DNA of 64,000 nucleotides from Bacteroidales bacterium (GTDB taxonomy: Bacteria; Bacteroidota; Bacteroidia; Bacteroidales; UBA932). Positions 57,319 through 64,000 of the stretch are shown in pieces; within the stretch, counting starts at the first letter, position 1, and every line of letters starts with the position of its first letter. The position numbers were made by a program, and so were the translations under genes. The DNA lies in NCBI GenBank assembly GCA_017442315.1, contig JAFRZX010000092.1, forward strand, positions 3,276 to 67,275, written 5' to 3'. Below the pieces are notes generated by a model. The model had not been told where the DNA came from. It did not search any database and was given only the letters and a program-made list of their open reading frames with translations.

Positions 57319-58833
57319 TTATTTCGTAGCGGCTTCCAGCTTCTTCATCATTGCGAACATGAAGAGGGCAGAGAGCAGACATAGTCCTGTAAATACGGAC
57401 CATACGATCCACAAAGGAATGTTGCCCCAAAGGAAACCTCCTACAGAAACGAGCAGATTACCCAATGCAGTGGCAACGAACCAGCATCCCATCATCATTC
57501 CCTTGTATTTTGGAGGAGCTACCTTGGATACGAATGAGATACCCATAGGAGAAAGGAGGAGCTCGGCGAAAGTAAGCACGAGATATGTTGTGATCAGCCA
57601 GTTGGCAGAGCAGAATGTACCAGCATCACCGGCAGCTTTCTGTGCATCTGGAGTGAGAAGTCCTAATGAAGCGATTGCCATTATGATGAATCCAGCTGCG
57701 GCTACAAGCATACCATATGCGATTTTGCGAGGTGCAGAAGGTTCCTTCTTCTTTGCTGCCAATGCACTGAAGATAGCCATTGATACAGGAGTCAGAGCAA
57801 CGACATAGAATGGGTTGAACTGCTGGAAGATAGGAGCGCTGACAGAAATAGGTCCTGACAGGTGGAGATACTTGTATACGAGAATCGCGATCACGGCAGC
57901 GACGATACCTGCAGAAATGAACTTTCCACTTGTCTTCTCGCTCTGGAATATTGAGAAAGTACCATAGACTCCTATGATGACAAGCACCAGATTCCATACG
58001 TTGAATGCCATGCTCTGGAGTCCTGAAGAAGTCTTCTCTGTGAATTCGTCTGCAAAATAAGTGAGGGTGAGTCCGTTCTGATGGAATGCCATCCAGAAGA
58101 ATATCACTACTGCAAATACAAGGAACAGAGCTGTCATTCTGGACTTTGTCTCTGCTGGAGTGAGTGTGTCTTCTGCAGCTTCTTCACCCTTTTTGCGCTC
58201 GCCTCCTTCTACATGCCTGAATGTCGGACGGAAAATGTAATATATACAGATAGAGAAGATCAGGGCAGCACAAGCGACAGCGAAAGAGAAATGGTATGCG
58301 TCATTGCCGGAGAATCCGAGCGAGAGTTCAGCCCACTCCTTGATCTTTACGGCTGCAGTAGGTGCAAACAGGGCACCGATGTTGATGGCCATGTAGAACA
58401 ATGAGAATCCGGAGTCACGTTTACTTGCGAATTGAGGATCGTCATACAGGTTGCCGACCATCACCTGCAGGTTTCCCTTGAAGAGTCCGGTACCGACACT
58501 TATCAGAAGAAGCGCGATCAGCATGGCAATCATTGCTAATGTGTCTCCTCCAAGAGGAACCGACAGCAGCAGATATCCGATAAACATTATTGAAATACCG
58601 ATTGTTACCATTTTGCCGAATCCGAACTTGTCAGCAAAGATACCTCCCAGCAGCGGCATGAAGTACACCAGCATAAGGAATGATGAATAGATAGCTCCTG
58701 CAGTTCCTGCTTCAAGTCCGAAATTGGCGCGCAGGAAGAGGGCGAATACGGCAAGCATCGTGTAGTAACCGAAACGCTCGCCAGTGTTTGCGAGGGCAAG
58801 GGCGAAGAGCCCCTTAGGTTGTCCTTTGAACAT
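57319..58833 (-). CDS. POT-family proton/oligopeptide MFS transporter
   Basis: ERFGYY, GTGLFKGN, FYMAINIGA and ELLLSP motifs. Confidence 0.93.
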   Translation of the reverse strand: MFKGQPKGLFALALANTGERFGYYTMLAVFALFLRANFGLEAGTAGAIYSSFLMLVYFMPLLGGIFADKFGFGKMVTIGISIMFIGYLLLSVPLGGDTLAMIAMLIALLLISVGTGLFKGNLQVMVGNLYDDPQFASKRDSGFSLFYMAINIGALFAPTAAVKIKEWAELSLGFSGNDAYHFSFAVACAALIFSICIYYIFRPTFRHVEGGERKKGEEAAEDTLTPAETKSRMTALFLVFAVVIFFWMAFHQNGLTLTYFADEFTEKTSSGLQSMAFNVWNLVLVIIGVYGTFSIFQSEKTSGKFISAGIVAAVIAILVYKYLHLSGPISVSAPIFQQFNPFYVVALTPVSMAIFSALAAKKKEPSAPRKIAYGMLVAAAGFIIMAIASLGLLTPDAQKAAGDAGTFCSANWLITTYLVLTFAELLLSPMGISFVSKVAPPKYKGMMMGCWFVATALGNLLVSVGGFLWGNIPLWIVWSVFTGLCLLSALFMFAMMKKLEAATK

Positions 58834-59018
58834 AATTTTAAGTTTTATTTAGTTGTTTTCATGTGCATATTCTGCCAGCCGACAAAGATAATGAATTTAT
58901 TTTATCGGCAAAATAGAGTAAAACATAAGGAAAATTGATATATTTGCTAATTGTGTAAGCCTTGGACGATGTGAGAGATTGCACAATAAATTTGTAATAG
59001 AAGATTATATTTTTGATA

Positions 59019-59921
59019 ATGAGAGATTTGGGTGCTAAGTTGCTGCGTGGATTTGTAAAAGTCATCGGTAGGTTGCCGTTGAAATTCCATTATGCATTCT
59101 GCGGGCTTGTTGTATGGTTTGTAAAGAATGTCATGCATTACCGTTATGATGTTGTATATACTAATCTGGCCAGATCCTTCCCCGAATGCCATTATAATAC
59201 TTTCAGGACAATAGCCAATGATTTCTATGATCATATAGGTGAGATATTCGCCGAGGCTCTGTGGTTTGGAGCATCTGATTATAAGCGACTTAACGACAGT
59301 GGGATAGTAAAGGTCACCAATCCTGAAATTCTGAATGATTATTTTTGCAATACTCCGAATGTGACAGTACTCTTCTCTCATTGCGGCAATTGGGAGATCC
59401 TTGGAGGCTTTCTGGGATATAATGTGCCGGATGGACAAAAGATTGAAATTGAAGAACAGCATATAAAGGTGGTATATAAAAGATTGCACAGCAGTCTTTC
59501 CGATAGCTTTTTCAGGAGAAACAGAGTAGCTCCGCTTGAAAAGGTGGGCACGGAATGTGAGATAGAATCTTCAGATATACTCAGGTTCGCCATAAAGCAT
59601 AGAGCAGAGAAGAACGTATATATCTATATAGCTGACCAGTATCCTTATGCAGGAGCTCATGATATAGGTACCTTTCTCAACCAGCCGACTTTGGCTATGC
59701 TCGGAAGTGCAGGCGTGGCTCATAAGTTAGGTCATAGTGTGCTCTATCTCAAGATGAAACGTGTGCGCAGGGGATATTATGAGATGAGTTTCATACCGAT
59801 ATGCCGAAATGCAGCCGAGCTTGCTCCTGAGGAAATCATGAGAAAATATTTTGACCTGCTGGAAATGGAGATAAGGGAGACTCCTAGCAACTGGCTGTGG
59901 TCTCATAAAAGATGGAAATAA
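59019..59921 (+). CDS. Lipid A lauroyl/myristoyl acyltransferase (LpxL-like)
   Basis: NL..SFPE, HCGNWE, ADQ and P.NWLWSHKRWK motifs. Confidence 0.88.
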   Translation: MRDLGAKLLRGFVKVIGRLPLKFHYAFCGLVVWFVKNVMHYRYDVVYTNLARSFPECHYNTFRTIANDFYDHIGEIFAEALWFGASDYKRLNDSGIVKVTNPEILNDYFCNTPNVTVLFSHCGNWEILGGFLGYNVPDGQKIEIEEQHIKVVYKRLHSSLSDSFFRRNRVAPLEKVGTECEIESSDILRFAIKHRAEKNVYIYIADQYPYAGAHDIGTFLNQPTLAMLGSAGVAHKLGHSVLYLKMKRVRRGYYEMSFIPICRNAAELAPEEIMRKYFDLLEMEIRETPSNWLWSHKRWK

Positions 59922-59935
59922 AAAAACAGGATTAT

Positions 59936-60997
59936 ATGAAAAACAGTTTACCCATGATCATTGCTGCGCTGGCAGTACTTGTGCCGTTGTGTCTTGATGC
60001 GCAGACTGTTCCGGATCCGGAAGGATACGTGACATATTCTTTGCCGTCCACAACTATAACTCTTGATGTGGAGGCTGTGCAGGAAAAATTCTTTGCTGGT
60101 CCATATGCTGCATATGCGGAGAAATATCTAGGCATAAAAGTAAGGCAGAAGGATGAGGCTACATGCCAGTTGGTGCAGATTTCGATGACTCCATATGTCG
60201 AGGCTGACCATGGCAGGAGATATTCGTTCAATGTGCCGAAAGGGAATATAGCATCATCTTTTCTGAAACTGACTTCTTCTGGTCTTGTTTCGCTTTACGA
60301 TGCAGGTTTGGGAAAAGAGACGATATGGCGTTTCCCGATAAAAGTGAATGGCGATTTTTCTGACAAAGGCGTATCTGCCAATCTGACTTCCGAGTCTGCT
60401 ACATTATATAAGAGTGACAGGAAGGATGCTGTTTACAATAAGGTCTCGGTGCAGCAGAATGTAGTTGTGGAAAAGTCTCTTGAAAAGAAAGCGGCGGAAA
60501 CGGCTGAAATGATATTGAATATAAGAAAACAGCGTCTTCAGATCGTTACAGGCGATACAGATGCCACATACAGTGGCGAAGCTATGGGGGCTGCAGTTGC
60601 TGAACTGACCCGTCTTGAAGAGGAATACATGACATTGTTTGTAGGTTATTCACAATGTCAGACTCAGAGGATGAGATTCGATGTCGTTCCTGATGCGGGA
60701 CGGACCAATCAGATGTATGTGGCTTTCAGATTGTCGGATTCTGCTGGATTGCTGCCGGCAGATAACCTTTCGGGAAGACCGGTAGTGATGGAAATCGATA
60801 CTATAGAATTTGCTCCAGCAGAGATGCCTTCAGTGGAGGACCCTAAAGAAAAAAGACCTGTTATGGTATATTATAGGATTCCGGCTGCGTGTACTGTCAG
60901 ACTTATGAATGGAACAGAGCTCCTTCTCCAGAGCCGTATGCCTGTATATCAGTTAGGTCAGGAAAGCTCCCTTCCTGTGAATATAATCTTTAAATGA
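59936..60997 (+). CDS. DUF4831-like exported protein
   Basis: Signal peptide, YSLP, GPYAAYAEKYLG, EEEYMTLFVG, YYRIP and YQLG motifs. Confidence 0.7.
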   Translation: MKNSLPMIIAALAVLVPLCLDAQTVPDPEGYVTYSLPSTTITLDVEAVQEKFFAGPYAAYAEKYLGIKVRQKDEATCQLVQISMTPYVEADHGRRYSFNVPKGNIASSFLKLTSSGLVSLYDAGLGKETIWRFPIKVNGDFSDKGVSANLTSESATLYKSDRKDAVYNKVSVQQNVVVEKSLEKKAAETAEMILNIRKQRLQIVTGDTDATYSGEAMGAAVAELTRLEEEYMTLFVGYSQCQTQRMRFDVVPDAGRTNQMYVAFRLSDSAGLLPADNLSGRPVVMEIDTIEFAPAEMPSVEDPKEKRPVMVYYRIPAACTVRLMNGTELLLQSRMPVYQLGQESSLPVNIIFK

Positions 60998-61006
60998 TGA
61001 TAAATT

Positions 61007-62488
61007 ATGACAATCAAGGAACTTGATCCACAGATAGTGTGGAAGAATTTTTTTGAACTTACTCAGATTCCTCGTCCTTCAAAGCATGAGGAACTCGCTG
61101 TGGAATATATGTATAATTGGGGTGTGTCTCATGGATTTGAGACCATCAAGGATGAAGTAGGCAACATCATAATCCGCAAGCCTGCGACTCCGGGATGCGA
61201 GAATATGAAAGGTGTGATTCTTCAGGGACACATCGATATGGTACCTCAAAAAAATGCAGACACTGTCCATGACTTTGAGAAAGACCCTATCCAGACCTGG
61301 ATAGATGGTGAATGGGTAAAGGCAAAAGGAACTACTTTAGGTGCCGATAACGGACTTGGTGTCGCAATGGGTATGGCTGTACTTGAGTCTGCAGGCCTTA
61401 AGCACGGACCGATTGAACTTCTGGTAACTATTGATGAAGAGACCGGAATGACAGGAGCCAATGCTCTTAAGCCTGGTCTTCTGCAGGGAGAAATACTGAT
61501 CAATCTCGATTCAGAGACCGAAGGTGAACTTTATGTCGGCTGTGCCGGAGGTCTGGATGCGTCTGCATCTGCTTCGTATGTTCCTGTGGAAATGCCAGAA
61601 GGACACGAATGCTGGTCTCTTGCCGTGAAGGGTTTCAAGGGCGGACACTCAGGAATGGATATAATCCTGTGCAGAGGCAATGCAAATAAGCTTGCTGCCC
61701 GCCTCGTTTATGCTCTGATGACTGAGGCTGATGTGAAACTTCTTGATTTTGAAGGTGGTACACTTCGTAATGCTATACCTCGTGAGGCATTCGCTACTGT
61801 TTATGTACCTGCTGACAGGATAGATGATGCAAAGAAGGTGTTTGAAACAGTTTCGTCTGCAATAAAGGCAGAGTATGCCGGCACTGATCCTGACTCTGAA
61901 TTCATTTTCAAGCCATATGAGTGTCCTGATGGAGAATGCTGTCATGGTGATGAATGCAAGTATGTTCCGCAGGAGGATGCTCTCCGCTTTATGCGTGCTG
62001 TGCTTTCATGTCCGGATGGAGTGGAACGCATGAGCAGCGAGATGCCGGGTCTTGTGGAGACATCCAACAATCTTGCGATGGTAAAGATTGAGGCTGGAGA
62101 ATTCTCCGTGAAGACTCTGATGAGAAGCTCTGTGGACAGTGCAAAGGATGCTTTGGCGCAGAAATTCGAGGCATTGTTTTCGCTTGCAGGTATAGATACG
62201 TCGTTTTCCGGCGGGTATTCAGGCTGGGCTCCTAACCCTGAATCTGCAATACTGGCTACCATGAAGAAGGTCTATAGTGACCTTTATGGCAAGGAACCTG
62301 CAGTGATGGCGATACATGCTGGATTGGAGTGTGGTATTCTTGGTGGAACATATCCGAACTGGGATATGGTTTCATGCGGTCCGACCCTTATGAGCCCTCA
62401 TAGTCCTGACGAGCGTGCCAATATTCCTTCAGTGGCAAAATGCTGGGAGTTCCTGCAGGCGGTACTTGAGAATATACCGGAAAAATAA
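61007..62488 (+). CDS. pepD: Aminoacyl-histidine dipeptidase
   Basis: PRPSKHE, QGHIDMV, TTLGADNG, DEETGM, GGHSG, HAGLECG and HSPDE motifs. Confidence 0.95.
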   Translation: MTIKELDPQIVWKNFFELTQIPRPSKHEELAVEYMYNWGVSHGFETIKDEVGNIIIRKPATPGCENMKGVILQGHIDMVPQKNADTVHDFEKDPIQTWIDGEWVKAKGTTLGADNGLGVAMGMAVLESAGLKHGPIELLVTIDEETGMTGANALKPGLLQGEILINLDSETEGELYVGCAGGLDASASASYVPVEMPEGHECWSLAVKGFKGGHSGMDIILCRGNANKLAARLVYALMTEADVKLLDFEGGTLRNAIPREAFATVYVPADRIDDAKKVFETVSSAIKAEYAGTDPDSEFIFKPYECPDGECCHGDECKYVPQEDALRFMRAVLSCPDGVERMSSEMPGLVETSNNLAMVKIEAGEFSVKTLMRSSVDSAKDALAQKFEALFSLAGIDTSFSGGYSGWAPNPESAILATMKKVYSDLYGKEPAVMAIHAGLECGILGGTYPNWDMVSCGPTLMSPHSPDERANIPSVAKCWEFLQAVLENIPEK

Positions 62489-62500
62489 TGCAGTGTTGAT

Positions 62501-63676
62501 ATGAAACTGAGCGAGAGATTATATTATGTAGGTGTAAACGATGACCATAAGTCTTTGTTTGAAGGTTTGTGGCCATTGCCTGAGGGTGTAAGCTATAATT
62601 CATACCTTGTCGTAGATGACAAGGTTGCGTTGATAGATACTGTGGAGCATGGTTTTGAAGATGAGTTCTTTGCCGGTATTGCGGAGTCGATAGGTGACAG
62701 GGACATAGACTATCTTGTCGTCAATCATATGGAGCCGGATCATTCTTCACTGATTGCTTTGATGCTTGAAAGGTATCCGAGACTGAAAGTTATAGCGAAT
62801 GCAAAGACTCTTCCGATGCTTAAGGGGTATTACTCGGTTCCTTCGGAAAGGGTTCTAGTCGTTGGAGAGGGAGATGTAGTATGTCTTGGCTCGTCCACTC
62901 TTCGTTTCTATATGATTCCGATGGTTCATTGGCCTGAGACTATGGTTACATGGCTTGAAGAAGAGGGAACCTTGTTCAGCGGTGATGCATTCGGTACATT
63001 CGGTTCTGTAGCAGAGGATGTGGTGGATAAGGATGGTACATTTGATATATATCGTGATGAAATGATACGGTATTATTCAAACATTGTGGGCAAATACGGT
63101 AATCCTGTCCAGTCAGCCTTGAAGAAGCTTTCCTGTCTTGATATCAAGAGGTTATGCAGCACTCATGGCCCTGTGTGGGAAAATGATATCGTATCTGTCG
63201 TGGATCTGTATGATAAGTTGAGCCGGAATGAAGTGGAAAGGGGAGTCTGCATCGCCTATGGGTCGATGTATGGCAATACAGCTGCTGCGGCGGATGCTCT
63301 GGCCATGGAACTGGATCGCAGAGGCATACCGTATGCGATTCATGACCTTGCCGGCAATAATGCAGGCGAACTGGGAGTTTCAGGAGCTCTACGTGACGTT
63401 TTCAAGTATGATACTGTGGTGGTGGGATCTCCGACCTACAATAACGGAATCTTTCCCCCGGTTGAAACTTTCATGAAAGCCTTGTCAGCCCGTATGATAA
63501 AAGGACGACGTTTCTATGCTTTCGGCTCATATACGTGGTCTGGCGTAAGTGTCCGTCAGTTGAATGGTTTGGCTGAATCTATGGATTTTGAGATACTTGG
63601 TCCCGGATTGTCTTTCCCTCAAGCTTATGCTGCAGAAAAGTTTGATATGAAGGCTATTGCTGATCTGTTTGCATGA
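62501..63676 (+). CDS. fprA: Flavodiiron protein (FprA, type A flavoprotein)
   Basis: HMEPDHS, HWPE, FSGDAFG, HG and flavodoxin SMYGNT motifs. Confidence 0.9.
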   Translation: MKLSERLYYVGVNDDHKSLFEGLWPLPEGVSYNSYLVVDDKVALIDTVEHGFEDEFFAGIAESIGDRDIDYLVVNHMEPDHSSLIALMLERYPRLKVIANAKTLPMLKGYYSVPSERVLVVGEGDVVCLGSSTLRFYMIPMVHWPETMVTWLEEEGTLFSGDAFGTFGSVAEDVVDKDGTFDIYRDEMIRYYSNIVGKYGNPVQSALKKLSCLDIKRLCSTHGPVWENDIVSVVDLYDKLSRNEVERGVCIAYGSMYGNTAAAADALAMELDRRGIPYAIHDLAGNNAGELGVSGALRDVFKYDTVVVGSPTYNNGIFPPVETFMKALSARMIKGRRFYAFGSYTWSGVSVRQLNGLAESMDFEILGPGLSFPQAYAAEKFDMKAIADLFA

Positions 63677-63689
63677 AGCCGTTGAAATG

Positions 63690-63720
63690 TTTGATAATTA
63701 AATAATTATTCCTATATTTG
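63690..63720 (+). promoter_or_regulatory. rpsF operon promoter
   Basis: TTTG-19 nt-TATATTTG. Confidence 0.8.
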
Positions 63721-63722
63721 CA

Positions 63723-63757
63723 GCCCATTTTGAGAAGTTTTATTCTCTAAAATGGGC
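63723..63757 (+). ncRNA. Leader hairpin of rpsF (candidate ribosomal leader)
   Basis: GCCCATTTT-GAGAA..TTCTC-(T)AAAATGGGC stem-loop at the predicted transcript start. Confidence 0.4.
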
Positions 63758-63791
63758 GCAAATTATTATTAAACAATTAATTACAAACAAA

Positions 63792-64000
63792 ATGCTTAAA
63801 CAGTACGAAACCGTTTTCATTGCAACTCCCGTTTTGTCTGATGCTCAGATGAAGGAAGCGGTAGCAAAGTACACCAACTACCTCAAGGAGCGTGGTGCAG
63901 AGATTGTGTACGAAGAGGACTGGGGTCTTAAGCAGCTGGCTTACCCAATCCAGAAGAAGACAACAGGATTCTATTACCTTATCGAGTTCAAGGCAGAGCC
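63792..64000 (+). CDS. rpsF: 30S ribosomal protein S6 (partial)
   Basis: Manual translation [16 protein letters not shown]...[23 protein letters not shown]. Confidence 0.96.
   Translation, partial: MLKQYETVFIATPVLSDAQMKEAVAKYTNYLKERGAEIVYEEDWGLKQLAYPIQKKTTGFYYLIEFKAE

Noticed and set aside
1-64000. CRISPR array, IS elements, prophage, reverse transcriptase
   Set aside because: No spaced repeats or corresponding protein motifs were seen by eye.

Overview
This is chromosomal DNA from a Bacteroidales-type gut bacterium, judged from the TAnnTTTG/TTTG promoters, AT-rich translation starts without Shine-Dalgarno sequences, and gene content. Housekeeping genes include folE, htpG, purT, aguA/aguB, two acyl-CoA synthetases, tandem ompA paralogs, parE, an ABC-F ATPase, grpE-dnaJ, rplS with tRNA-Arg, trkA, slyD, tldD/E, a POT transporter, pepD, fprA and rpsF. 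Two large surface-lipoprotein operons interrupt them, each headed by a DUF3575/OmpA-like outer-membrane protein. Operon 1 (7534-16903) is a fairly recognisable type V (Mfa/Fim-like) pilus locus. Operon 2 (30114-45320) is the main candidate for an undescribed system. Its 11 genes include eight paralogous DUF4493-like lipoproteins with pilin-like processing and C-terminal strand motifs, PCMD (putative carbohydrate-binding) domains and a beta-barrel, suggesting a non-canonical, possibly branched, glycan-binding pilus. Other signals are a shared heat-shock cis-element with sigma54-like spacing at htpG and grpE, candidate structured RNAs (DUF2795 3' region; folE, rplS and rpsF leaders), a 3alpha-HSDH-like SDR, and a small membrane ORF overlapping grpE. 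I saw no CRISPR array, transposase, integrase or reverse transcriptase. Family names come from motif recall, not database searches.
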